A DNA stretch of 63,899 bases, the filler included, from Octopus bimaculoides (Eukaryota), in NCBI RefSeq assembly GCF_001194135.2. It is 5 parts of 5 records of this genome, joined end to end, with 100 filler letters (N's around TTAATTAATTAA, not from the genome) between each part and the next. Parts side by side here need not be neighbours in the genome. Positions count along the whole stretch, not along the records: positions 1 to 27,917 come from NC_068984.1; positions 28,018 to 51,457 come from NC_068981.1; 3 more parts are not named here. One strand, given 5' to 3'. Below, piece after piece: positions 24,830 through 36,730 of this stretch. The position numbers and the translations under genes are program-made. Under the pieces are notes generated by a model that saw nothing but the letters and a program-made list of their open reading frames with translations, did not search any database and had not been told where the DNA came from. Position 1 is the stretch's first letter. Each line of letters begins with the position of its first letter.

Positions 24830-25012
24830 TGACAATATGAGTTTTCGCAGACTGTTGCTCCCATAATTTCCAAAATAAATTTTGGATTTTATGGAGGGTC
24901 AAATTTGGAAACAAAAACAGGACATTTTTTTCCCCAGCTTTGACCCTCCATAAATCCAAAATTTTAGTTTGAAGGTTATGGGAGCAACTGTCTTCGAAGA
25001 CTCATATTGTCA
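24830..25012. repeat. Foldback with ~74-bp arms and a ~35-bp spacer
   Basis: TGACAATATGAG...TTATGGAGGGTCAAA / TTTGACCCTCCATAA...CTCATATTGTCA. Confidence 0.88.
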
Positions 25013-25014
25013 TT

Positions 25015-25515
25015 GAATGCTCGAAATGAGGACTAGATAGAAAGCCGACAACTGATGAAGTGTCGGCCTTTGTGTTACTTGTCCTATTTTCCACACTTTT
25101 TTCTCTCGTTGTTTGCGTATTTAACTCGTTTGTTTTAGTAATTCATGTTGCTTACAGTTGGCCACATCCTGTACCCATATACTATATATATATATAGCGT
25201 ATATTTTCACTGTCTTATCTTGATTTTACTGTCCTGTTCTTGTTTACACTTTCACCTTCTGCAAAAAATTCCAAATTTTATTTAATTTGCTTTGCGGGAA
25301 CGACTGTTCCAAGGAAGTCGCGTATTGTCCTTGCCTTCGAACGCGGAGTAGATAGAACAGGGACAACTGATGAAGGGAAATATTCTTTATGTTGCATGCC
25401 TCGTTTCTCTATTGTGTTCGTTGCTCGAAAAAAAGTTCGTTTTCTGTTTTCATCTTTATGTTTTCATTTCTCATTGTGTTTAACGTTTTTTTGTGATGTC
25501 CTGTACCCATATATG
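25015..25515 (-). repeat. Two copies (25015-25180, 25335-25515) of the TCGAAAT...CTGATGAAG...TCCTGTACCCA terminal unit
   Basis: Same unit as at 5776-5900, 6490-6612, 38115-38260 and 56165-56716. Confidence 0.7.
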
Positions 25516-26164
25516 CATGTATACATACATGCGTATATATATAATAAGTCGAGGAACTGAAGTCCCTTACGGGATGCGAGCATCCTAGTTCACTGTTTCA
25601 TATCAGCGTTCAGAGAAAACCAAGTATATTAGTTTATCATTTTAAAAAGTTCTCGTCTGCTATAAGTTTTGTCAATTCATCCAGTTCAACAACATTGGCC
25701 AGTCTCTCATAACGNNNNNNNNNNNNNNNNNNNNNNNNNNNNNNNNNNNNNNNNNNNNNNNNNNNNNNNNNNNNNNNNNNNNNNNNNNNNNNNNNNNNNN
25801 NNNNNNNNNNNNNNNNNNNNNNNNNNNNNNNNNNNNNNNNNNNNNNNNNNNNNNNNNNNNNNNNNNNNNNNNNNNNNNNNNNNNNNNNNNNNNNNNNNNN
25901 NNNNNNNNNNNNNNNNNNNNNNNNNNNNNNNNNNNNNNNNNNNNNNNNNNNNNNNNNNNNNNNNNNNNNNNNNNNNNNNNNNNNNNNNNNNNNNNNNNNN
26001 NNNNNNNNNNNNNNNNNNATATATATATATATATACATATATATGTATATATATATATACACATATATATATACACACATATATATATATATATACATAT
26101 ATACATATATGTATGAATATATGCATAAATATTTATATATATATATATGTATATACATACATGC

Positions 26165-27829
26165 GTATATATATAATAAGTCGAGGAACTGAAGTCCCTT
26201 ACGGGATGCGAGCATCCTAGTTCACTGTTTCATATCAGCGTTCAGAGAAAACCAAGTATATTAGTTTATCATTTTAAAAAGTTCTCGTCTGCTATAAGTT
26301 TTGTCAATTCATCCAGTTCAACAACATTGGCCAGTCTCTCATAACGGACGTACACGCTTGATTCCATCACACTACCAGGAACCAACTCTATCATCCTTTC
26401 CATTCGTTCTTTGTCTAGTAATACTACTTTCTGATCACTGTGAAACGTGTTCGGATCCAATTTAACTCGTATTAATCCTTTCATTTTTGCCAAACTCTTT
26501 TCAATCTCCATCCCTTTCTTGTAGAATACCAGTGCTTTTAAATACTTCCCTTTGGGTCTCCCTTCTTGCTTTATATATTCTCTTTGCCTTGCCACTCTCT
26601 CCTTCCACTGTTCAAGTCTGATCTCCATTTCATCTTCATCTACACTAGTCGCTACCTGCTCGGTTCTCGGGTTCGACACTCTGTCGTTTCCATTTCCACC
26701 GTTATTTTCCTTTTACCTTTCTTTTTTTTTTTTGACGGGGGTGTTCTTTGGTGATAATTCCACACGCGCTCTTCTTCTATCAACAGTGATTTCTTTCTCC
26801 TTTTCTTCTTCTTCTTCCTCTCTTTCTGCGTCGTTACACCCCTCTATTTCTTTAACAGGTACCTCTCTTAGGGGACACTTTGCTTGCATGTGTCCCCTAC
26901 TTTTACATTTGTAACACATTGGTGGATTCCCCTCCACCACAACTCTCAGTCGGGTTTCGTTGGGGAGCACCGATTCTTCCGCTATATTATGCAGGTCTGG
27001 CAGGGTTATATGGATTAATACTTCCACTCCAAAACTCCACCAGTTCATTTCTCGTGATTTTTCGACTCTTAGAACTTCCACTGCCTCTTTGCAGCTGTAA
27101 ATAACGGCTGCAACCAGCCACTCTGGATCCATTTCCGGAGGCACTCTGCCAGTTCTTACTCTTCCACAATAGGTAGGCAAAAGTGCCCACCTAGCCGTTC
27201 TCAGGGGTACAGTGGAAAGCCGTTTTGCCTCCTCCTCACTCGTAAAGCGTACCTCCACCGTGCCGTACTTTCTACCTATTGCATAGAACGTTGTTAATTG
27301 CTTAACCTCACTTAAGCACTGCTCTATCTTTTCGATTTCTGCTATTTCAATTTTCTTTGTTTCGACATTAAGTGTTCTGTATACTATAATTTTCTTTTCT
27401 GCTCGTTCAATTGCTTCTGTTGGCGGTGTTACTTTCAGACAATCTCCTTCTTTCTTAGATAAATGCTTGAATTTTTCTAAATTACTTTTCTCGATGTGAA
27501 TCTCTTTCAATTGCATTGCGTCCTCAGACAGGTTTTGCCTGCTGCCGCAGCGTAAGTTCCTGATTCCATACCTACAAATGGGTAGGAAATCAATCTTCAA
27601 CAGTAAATATTAGCAATAATATTTCAACAATAATTCTTCAAACAATTTTCACCAATACACAATCAAAGCAACTCACCGCTCACAACGCTCTCCTTCAACA
27701 AAATCACCAACGATCTCTACTCAACTACTATTTCTTTATTTAGCACTACTCAACTCCGACGTCTAGACTTCTCCCTCTATATCTACGTATTGGGATAGTC
27801 TACTTCATCATCTGAGGGCGTCGACACAA
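26165..27829 (-). mobile_element. ORF1/gag-only retroelement candidate (Tx1/L1-type ORF1, no RT)
   Basis: 5' region TTGTGTCGACGCCC shared with 52578; one long reading frame; ~100-bp 3' region with two small hairpins ending in a (TA)n tract. Confidence 0.65.
26269..27600 (-). pseudogene. Tx1/L1-like ORF1 protein with CCHC zinc knuckle; a single in-frame TAA at 26713-26715
   Basis: VRTGRVPPEMDPEWL...RVVVEGNPPMCYKCKSRGHMQAKCP. ORFs 26713-27600 and 26269-26679 are in the same frame, separated only by TAA plus 11 sense codons; the first in-frame ATG is at 27516. Confidence 0.8.
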
Positions 27830-27961
27830 CAGTATGTATACTGAATCTTCAGTATCTTTGCTCCTTGTATATTTTCTATATTTCTACTGTATATACATAC
27901 ATATATATATATATATANNNNNNNNNNNNNNNNNNNNNNNNNNNNNNNNNNNNNNNNNNNN

Positions 27962-27973
27962 TTAATTAATTAA
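27962..27973. other. Artificial scaffold linker TTAATTAATTAA (also 51502-51513, 56016-56027, 62803-62814)
   Basis: Identical 12-mer with stops in all six frames, isolated inside N runs four times. Confidence 0.92.
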
Positions 27974-28019
27974 NNNNNNNNNNNNNNNNNNNNNNNNNNN
28001 NNNNNNNNNNNNNNNNNGG

Positions 28020-28330
28020 GGTGGGTAGGGCGGGGCGACGAGGAAAACAAATTATGATGGCGATAGCAAAGAGGTTGGGCGTAAAATTTAGCGATGATAT
28101 TGCTGCTGCCGAATCTATTGATATAAATAGTAGTTGTAGTAATGCATGTAGTAGTGGTAGTGGTGGTAGTGGAAGAAGTAGTAGCAGTACTTGTGGTGAC
28201 GGTGGTGGTGTTAGTATTAGTAGTAGTAGTAGTGGTGGTAACGGTGGTGATGGTGGTGGAAGTTGTAGTAGTAGTGCTAGGGTAGTGGTGGTCATAGTAT
28301 TAGTGGTAGTGATGGTGGTGAAAGTAACAA

Positions 28331-28380
<50 letters not shown>

Positions 28381-28570
28381 ATGGTAGTTGTAATGGTGGT
28401 GGTCGTAGTATTAGTGGTGGTGATGGTGGTGAAAGTAACAGTATTAGTAGTAGTAGTAGTAGTTGTTGTTGTTGCTGTGGTGGTGGTGCTGGTGGTAGGG
28501 ATAGCCGTTGACGAAAGGATTAAAAACGTGGTCGTAGCGATGGCGGTTATTATAATGGTGATGGTAGAAT
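28020..28570. repeat. Decaying compound trinucleotide array (GGT/AGT/GTT)
   Basis: Direct observation; internal duplication of GTAGTATTAGTGGT.GTGATGGTGGTGAAAGTAACA. Confidence 0.9.
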
Positions 28571-28640
28571 ACTTCTTCTAAGTGCCTTATTGTTGATAGA
28601 GTTTCGGTTGAACCCTAGGTTCATTCAGATTCGTTCATCG

Positions 28641-28674
<34 letters not shown>

Positions 28675-29794
28675 GTTCGTGTGTGTGTGTGTGTATACAT
28701 ATATATACATATACATATGTATGTATATATGTATATATGTATATATATATATATANNNNNNNNNNNNNNNNNNNNNNNNNNNNNNNNNNNNNNNNNNNNN
28801 NNNNNNNNNNNNNNNNNNNNNNNNNNNNNNNNNNNNNNNNNNNNNNNNNNNNNNNNNNNNNNNNNNNNNNNNNNNNNNNNNNNNNNNNNNNNNNNNNNNN
28901 NNNNNNNNNNNNNNNNNNNNNNNNNNNNNNNNNNNNNNNNNNNNNNNNNNNNNNNNNNNNNNNNNNNNNNNNNNNNNNNNNNNNNNNNNNNNNNNNNNNN
29001 NNNNNNNNNNNNNNNNNNNNNNNNNNNNNNNNNNNNNNNNNNNNNNNNNNNNNNNNNNNNNNNNNNNNNNNNNNNNNNNNNNNNNNNNNNNNNTATATAT
29101 ATGGATGAACATACACGCGAGCACAGGCGTACACACCATGGTCTCTGCACAGAATTGCACTCCCGACATTCAATGGGGATGCACTGCAGTTGTTCGGACA
29201 TGTTTTAACTTTTGCACCCCGCCCCCACTAAGCTAGTCTGCTTTAGAAATGCCACTTATTGTTGTTGATGTTGCTGTTGTTGTTTATGTTACTATTGTTG
29301 TTGTTTAACGCCAGATCTAGCAGAGCAATGATCAAAGCAAAAAAAAAAAGAAACCATCTTTGGCCCTCCTCCCATCATCAAGCACTTTACTGGAATACCC
29401 AACAATATTTTATGCTTGTGTATTTTCCAATGCATTTAGGGCTTTATATTTACTTGTAAGGGGCGGTGATAAGCTTTGCTGAATTCCATAATAACGATAA
29501 TGATGCAAACAGGGGCTTTTTGTTTGTCGAATCTATCATATAATTTTGTTGTTTTGAGGTTTGTCGGTTGTTTGATAATGGTTGAATTTAGTGGTCCGAA
29601 TCCGTGTTCGTGTTGCGAGTTAGGAAAAGGAATGCGTTGTTATTATGAACACATTGAATCTATATTATATTTTCATAGTGTTCATTAATGTGTGACGGGT
29701 GTATGTGATGCTGCTTAGGTTTTTGAAATTGATAGGTTTTTCAAAATGTTATTAGTTCACCCAGTTTCCACAATCCACGAATTTGAAAATGCCT

Positions 29795-29860
<66 letters not shown>

Positions 29861-30009
29861 ACAGCAGCAACAATATTAGTATAAACAGTAACACCAACAA
29901 AAGCAGCAGTTTTGCTTAGCCCCAGGTTGGGCCTGGGCGAATAGAACTATAGAACAAAAGAAATCCAGATATGGCTATTTTGTCTTTTTTGCATATCTAG
30001 GACTGTATA

Positions 30010-30200
30010 TTGGTTTCAAATATTGGCGCAAGGCCAGCGATTTCTGGGGATTCGATTACATCGACCCCCAGTGCTCATCTGGTACTTATTTCATCGTTAC
30101 CGAAAGGGTGACAGGCAAAGTCGACCTCGGCGAAATTTGAATTCAGGACTTAAAAGACGGACGAAATGCCACTAAGCATTTTGCCCTGTGTACTAACGAT
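30010..30200 (-). mobile_element. SINE family B
   Basis: GGCGCAAGGCCAGC...TCGACCCCCAGTGCTCATCTGGTAC...AGGCAAAGTCGACCTCGGCG. Confidence 0.8.
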
Positions 30201-30254
30201 TTTGCTAACGATTTAGCGGAACAAATCGATCTCAGGTCTAAATTAAAAAAAAAA

Positions 30255-30530
30255 AAACGTATTTATTCTATCAACACTTTTGCCGAACCACTAGGTTACT
30301 GGATCTTAATAAACCAATACCAATTGTCAGTAGGGGACAAATACAACACAAACACTGACATATCTATCTATCTATCTATCTATCGATAAGTATCCGAAGA
30401 GCTTCTTTCAGCTTCTATCGACCAAATTCACTCATAAACTACACTTGCCCGAGGTACCACGCACTGAGACTGAACACAAGACCACATAACTGGGAAGCAC
30501 ACTTCCTACCCACAAAACCATGTCTGCGCA
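30255..30530 (-). mobile_element. SINE family A, degenerate
   Basis: TTTGCCGAACCACTAGGTTAC...CTTGCCCGAGGTACCACGCACTGAGACTGAAC. Confidence 0.75.
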
Positions 30531-30929
30531 TATAAATTTGGTGTAATATAATATATAACAGGCAATCTCATTGTTCTGTCATATAAACCAACTTGATATT
30601 CTAAATTTGATCATTGTATATCTTAGTAAATATCCACTTACAGATGAAGAACAGTATTACGATATCCGTGCATCATAATAATATTCTAAGAACCATGTGT
30701 GGTTATCTCCTTTAAAACTTGCTTATCTGGTTATTTTATTCAATTACTTTCAACTATTTCTCTTTATTTCATTATGAATATTCAACACTGTTCACTTTGT
30801 AATTCCGGAGCTCATCTTGAAGTCATCATTACCAACTGCGCTGCTTGCTCTAAGATGTCGCTCTTTCATCTTCGTTTCTTACAACCATCTTCAAAACTAT
30901 CATAAAAGGAAAATTTTGTGCCGTTGCCT

Positions 30930-31250
30930 GTGCATCATCATCATCATCATCGTCGTCGTCGTCGTCGTCATCATCATCATCATCATCATTATCGTTATCA
31001 ACAAAACCACTGCCACTACTGCTACTACCGCCACTATCACCACAATCAACGCCAACACTAATACCAGCACCGCCAGCAGAACCACCACCACCACCACCAC
31101 CATCACCATCACCACCACCACCACCACCACAACCACAACCAATACCAACATCCCCACAACCCCCGCCACGACGTGGACGACGACGACCACTACCACCACC
31201 ATCATCACCGTCATGACCATCATAAACATCATGATCATCAAAATCGTCCT
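30930..31250. repeat. Compound (CAT)/(CAC)/(ACC) trinucleotide array
   Basis: Direct observation. Confidence 0.9.
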
Positions 31251-31274
31251 TCTATAGATATATAGAAAATAATA

Positions 31275-32397
31275 ATAGGACAGTATATACTTCGAAGCCG
31301 AAGTGATGATGTAGACCAAACAACAACCCATCAGTAGCTGAGAAGCTCATATTGGCGGCACAAGATCAAACCTTGCTTACCAAAAACTACTAGGCTAACG
31401 CTCTTCAAAACGGTTCTGACCCTAAACGCAGATTCTGCGATAAATTTGATGAAAAATAGACCATCTCATCTCGGGATGTCCTGTGCTAACGCCAAACGAA
31501 AACGAATGCAAAAATTGTCACGATAGGGTAGGACAGTATTTGCATTAGAAAATATGTAAACACTACAAAATCAACATTCCTGCTTATTGGTATGAACATC
31601 ATCTTGAGCCAGTCGTTGAAGGTAAAAATATCACTATCCTTTGAGATTTTCCAATCAACGCCGACAGAACGTTCCAGGCTAACCCACCAGACATAGTTAT
31701 TAAAGACAGGGAAGAAAATACTTGTAGACTAATAGATGTAAGGCGGCGAGCTGTCAGAAACGTTAGCACGCCGGGCGAAATGCTTAGCGGTATTTCGTCT
31801 GCCGTTACGTTCTGAGTTCAAATACCGCCGAGGTCGACTTTGCCTTTCATCCTTTCGGGGTCGATAAATTAAGTACCAGTTACGCACTGGAGTCGATGTA
31901 ATCGACTTAATCCCTTTGTCTGTCCTTGTTTGTCCCCTCTATGTTTAGCCCCTTGTGGGCAATAAAGAAATAAGATGTAAGTGTTCCCACTGATAAAAAT
32001 ATATCCGTAAACGAATTTAACAAATGAAGTAAATATAAGGATCTGGAAATCGAAATACAAAAAATGTGGCATATTAAAGCGAGAACTGTTCCTGTTATTG
32101 TGGGTGCCCTAGGTATGATAAGAAAGGGATAGCAAAATCATCTAGATAATATCCCAGGAGAGCCATATCTCAGAGAAATCGAGAAGACTGTGCTAACAAG
32201 TGCTACCTACATTCTTAGAAAAACCCTATCAATTTAAATGTACGTGTTGAATTACATGAAGATATTTCGCTACGGCCCCTGCCACTTCTCCTCCCCAAGC
32301 TTTCAGTCATACTGCAATTTCTCTTATCCTTCACTCGCCCTAGGACGTTGGGTGTGTCTCAGCAACTGATTGTAACAAACATGCAGATTAAAAGTAA

Positions 32398-32400
<3 letters not shown>
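31275..32400 (+). mobile_element. 5'-truncated R4/Dong-clade non-LTR retrotransposon (zinc knuckle + RLE endonuclease)
   Basis: AAQDQTLLTKNY, FCDKFDE..DHLISGCP, HDRVGQYLH, QANPPDIVIKDREENTCRLIDVSVPTDKNI, KYKDLEIEIQKMW, VPVIVGALG, ILRKTLSI*; the 3' UTR ends in (GAT)n(AAT)n at 32397-32502. Confidence 0.88.
31743..31972 (+). mobile_element. Full-length young SINE family B with a 9-bp TSD
   Basis: TSD AGATGTAAG at 31734-31742 and 31973-31981; removal restores LIDVSVPT in the host R4 ORF. Confidence 0.92.
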
Positions 32401-32436
<36 letters not shown>

Positions 32437-32442
32437 CTGATG

Positions 32443-32505
<63 letters not shown>

Positions 32506-32631
32506 GCTTCTGATCTTAACTGATTGGAAGTGTCATCATGCATATGTTTCGCCTTGGTATAAAAAAAATGGGCTACAGCAAATATTCGGCTCAATACCAC
32601 AGATTTGCTTGTCGGTTGTTTGACCTTAACC

Positions 32632-34648
32632 AGTTGAGCATGACAAGAAGTGTACTAAGTTTATCAAGTTTGACATTTCTAGTTTCTATTCCTCTATCAA
32701 TCCAATCGTATTTAACAAGGCACTATGGCTCGCTTTCAGCAAAGCAGGTCTCACCAGGGATTATATTTATGTCGTGTTAGCCGCCAGAGAATCTATCATT
32801 AAATTCGATTAAAAGCTATGGATCCGGAAAGATACACCCGACAGTTTTGATGTCGCAATGGGAAGTTCTGACTCAGCACAAATCGCTGATTCAGTCGGTA
32901 TATATATCCCTTATGAGGTGGCTGACCAATTCCCAAACATCAGTGGAGGTCTATATCGTGATGATTGTCTACTCTACCTTCAAAATGCTTCTAACCAAGA
33001 ATTACAAAGGGTTAAGAATAGCTTTGCTAAATTTTTCCGAAATATGGGCTTAAGCATTGTTTTTGACGAAAACAGCCTTTTGGATATGACCCTTAACTTG
33101 CATGATTCATATTTCCCATATCATAAACCCTCAGCTAATTTAAAATATATTAGCTCTTTCAGTAATCACTCTAAGGCTATTGCAAAGAATTTAGGAATAT
33201 TTCACTTAGACTTTCTAGATTATCTGCTAATGCTGATATCTTCAACGATAAAGCTGAATTTTATAACTCTGTCTTACTTAAAGTATGCTATGAAGAAAAA
33301 AATAGGCGCGGGAGTGGCTGTGTATAGGCGCGGGAGTGGATGTGTGGTAAGTAGCTTGCTTATCAACCACATGGTTCTGGGTTCAGTCCCACTGCGTGGC
33401 ACCTTGGACAAGTGTCTTCTACTATAGCCTCGGGCCGACCAAAGCTTTGTGAGTGGATTTGGTAGACGGAAACTGAAAGAAGCCCGTCGTGTATATGTAT
33501 ATATATATATGTATATGTATGTGTGTGTATATGTTTGTGTGTCTGTTTGTCCCCCCAACATCGCTTGACAACCGATGCTGGTGTGTTTACGTCCCCGTAA
33601 CTTAGCGGTTCGGCAAAAAAGATCGATAGAATAAGTACTAGGCTTACAAAGAATAAGTCCTGGGGTCGATTTGCTCGACTAAAGGCGGTGCTCTAGCATG
33701 GCCACAGTCAAATGACTGTAACAAGTAAAAGAATATTAACCCTATTGACATTAATTTTACCTCTATTAATCAGGACATGAAATCAAGTCATAGCGATTTA
33801 TTAATTTTATTTCGAATAACACCAAATCGAGTAATTTAATTCTGCAGCGTAAGGGAGATAACCATTAAGACACTTTTTTTCATTACCAAGGTACATCGAG
33901 TACTTTTAAAGCTAATTACCGTAATAACAAGGTATGTCCTAGCAAAACAGTTGGGTTAATAATTCCATATGGTAAGCAGATCAAATCCAACCTCCCTTAC
34001 CAGTTTCCTGAAGCTATAGAAAAGAATTTCCCAAGAAATTCAAGATACTATTCGATTATTAATTCACACCGAATCAGGATAGGTTTTTCTAACACAAAAA
34101 ATCTTTCACAAATCTTCTCTTCGCATAATAATAAGTTGTTAAATACAAATCCACTTAATGAAAATACTAACATTTACTTTGTTAACACTAACCATTCTTT
34201 AAATAATAATAACAGTGGGGTTATTGTTTCTGAAGTTGATTCCAATCGCATTCGTTTTCTTAGCAGTAATTCTAAGATGAGAAACTCTATTTATCAATGT
34301 TATCTTACTTCCGGTTCTGACGTCTTTTTTTATATAGGTAGTTCGTCTTCTCATTTGTTCAAGAGAATATCTAATCATTACTCTACATTTAGACATATCA
34401 ATAAACGTAACAATACTGGGCTTAATAAATTAATCTGGTATCTAAAGGATCATAATAAACAATTTGATTTAGAATGAAATATTCTCTCTGTTTCTTTTCC
34501 ATATGATAAAGGTGAATCTTTTTGTCCGCTTTGTAACAGTGAGATGTACTTTATCCTGTTCTCGGAGAATTCCCTTGTAAACACGTCTATAGAGCGCATT
34601 TATCGTTGCAAACATTGGCAGAAGCATACCTTTAGTTCCTATAAGTGA
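32632..34648 (+). pseudogene. Penelope-like element: RT + GIY-YIG endonuclease, disrupted
   Basis: KFDISSFYSSI, FDVAMGSSDSAQIADSVGIY, GLYRDDCL, LDMTLNL..YFPYHKP..LKYISSFSNH; endonuclease SIYQC..FYIGSSS..FKRISNHYSTF..TGLNKLIWYLK..CPLCNSE..CKH. Confidence 0.9.
33302..33735 (+). mobile_element. Full-length tRNA-derived CORE-type SINE (family A) inserted in the PLE
   Basis: A-box TGG(C/A)TGTGTGG, B-box GGGTTCAGTCCC, core GGCACCTTGGACAAGTGTCTTCTACTATAGCCTCGGGC resembling the MIR/CORE domain, internal (TA/TG)n, 3' end GTAACAAGTAAAAGAATA. Confidence 0.92.
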
Positions 34649-35640
34649 TTTCTACCATTCTATAAAATTCGACCTTTGACTGTCTTCTTACATTTCACTT
34701 CCACTAAATATATCTACTTCCATACCTTTAAGCTTTATTCTAATGCATCTATCGCTCTATGTCTCTCCACTATTAGTTTTCTGCTAATTTCTTTCTTTCT
34801 CCTCCTCTTCTTTCTATAAACTACCTTGACGTTTTATCTACTAACGGTTTAAAAAAAAAAAACTTGCTAGCGTTCCCTTCATCATATNNNNNNNNNNNNN
34901 NNNNNNNNNNNNNNNNNNNNNNNNNNNNNNNNNNNNNNNNNNNNNNNNNNNNNNNNNNNNNNNNNNNNNNNNNNNNNNNNNNNNNNNNNNNNNNNNNNNN
35001 NNNNNNNNNNNNNNNNNNNNNNNNNNNNNNNNNNNNNNNNNNNNNNNNNNNNNNNNNNNNNNNNNNNNNNNNNNNNNNNNNNNNNNNNNNNNNNNNNNNN
35101 NNNNNNNNNNNNNNNNNNNNNNNNNNNNNNNNNNNNNNNNNNNNNNNNNNNNNNNNNNNNNNNNNNNNNNNNNNNNNNNNNNNNNNNNNNNNNNNNNNNN
35201 NNNNNNNNNNNNNNNNNNNNNNNNNNNNNNNNNNNNNNNNNNNNNNNNNNNNNNNNNNNNNNNNNNNNNNNNNNNNNNNNNNNNNNNNNNNNNNNNNNNN
35301 NNNNNNNNNNNNNNNNNNNNNNNNNNNNNNNNNNNNNNNNNNNNNNNNNNNNNNNNNNNNNNNNNNNNNNNNNNNNNNNNNNNNNNNNNNNNNNNNNNNN
35401 NNNNNNNNNNNNNNNNNNNNNNNNNNNNNNNNNNNNNNNNNNNNNNNNNNNNNNNNNNNNNNNNNNNNNNNNNNNNNNNNNNNNNNNNNNNNNNNNNNNN
35501 NNNNNNNNNNNNNNNNNNNNNNNNNNNNNNNNNNNNNNNNNNNNNNNNNNNNNNNNNNNNNNNNNNNNNNNNNNNNNNNNNNNNNNNNATATACGTATAT
35601 AGGAATAAAACGAATTTTGTAGGGTACAGTATGGTATATT

Positions 35641-35993
35641 GGTTAATAATAATAATAAGGTTAGTTAGAAGAAATGAGGGAATTGTTCCTTAGTATATAC
35701 ATATACAGGTAGAGAAAAATCTCCAAATTTGCCAAGGAAATGAAATGGAATGAAATAAAATAAAATTGAATAAAGTAAAACAAAAGAAGAATATTTACAT
35801 TATTACTTCTAGGAATGTTTCGAAAAATTCTCAAATGTGATGACGTAAATATTTCATTTTATTTTATTTTACTGTTTTTTTTATTTTATGTTATTTCATT
35901 TCCTTGGAAAATCTGAAGACTTTCTGTACATGTATATAAATAAACAAAGGAACCATTCCTTTGTTTCTTCTCACTAATCTTATTATTATTCCC
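35641..35993. repeat. Long imperfect inverted repeat (~150-bp arms) centred near TTTCGAAA (~35820)
   Basis: CCAAGGAAATGAAAT / ATTTCATTTCCTTGG, AATATTTAC / GTAAATATT, and the outer AATAATAATAAG.TTAGT.AGAAGAAA arms pair. Confidence 0.75.
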
Positions 35994-36699
35994 ATTATGT
36001 ATGCATATGTACATAAACACATACACATATATATATATTTCCTTTAAACCAGAAACAACGTTATTATTTCTTCACAATCTCCACATATTCTGCAGTTATT
36101 TAGTATATTCTGAATCATTAAATGATGTTCTTTTGTATTTTCAGTTATGGAGTCTTTACTCTTATACCGCATTATAAATCTTTCTGTTTCAGTTTATTTT
36201 TGCGATTTTGAGATTCTCGGACAGTGCTATGTTTTTTTCACTATTCATTCCTCTTTGCTCAATCTTTTCAGGTTTTGGTTAAATAGGAGCCTCTTTTGCT
36301 GAAGTCTTAGAACAACATTTGTTAATCACATTTTCAGTTTTGTTTGCCGTTTTGTAACAGCTCCAATCTCTTCTTATTTGTCTGTTATCTCAACAACTCT
36401 TTTACATTTGTTGGCTTCCTTGAAGACAGAAAGCAGTATTTTGTTTCGTTCATGTTGTGTCACGTTTTGACTGTTTCCATTTGTTCTTTGCTTAATATTT
36501 TTGTAGATCTGCATAAGATATTTTACAATAATATATCTGTTCCTTTTGTGTATTTGTGGTGAATATATTTATCTGGCTGTTTTTGGACGCTGTATTTTAC
36601 ACAGTCATTATTATTATAATTATTATCATTCTTCTTCTTCTTCTTCTTCTTCTTCTTCTTCTTCTTCTTCTTCTTCTTCTTCTTCTTCTTCTTCTTCTT

Positions 36700-36730
<31 letters not shown>

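Noticed and set aside
25521-26346. Perfect 194-bp direct repeat (25521-25714 = 26153-26346) that could look like an LTR or pseudo-LTR
   Set aside because: 100% identical and ends exactly at a gap edge; most likely an unmerged contig overlap or haplotype duplication.
27962-27973. Recurrent palindromic TTAATTAATTAA between N runs (four places)
   Set aside because: Artificial six-frame-stop scaffold linker, not biological sequence.
33320-33395. tRNA genes
   Set aside because: The A/B-box heads belong to SINEs, do not form complete cloverleaves, and continue into SINE bodies.
36060-36430. Possible additional R4/Dong remnant on the minus strand (CRICG..EEI-like)
   Set aside because: Too degraded to support beyond one motif.
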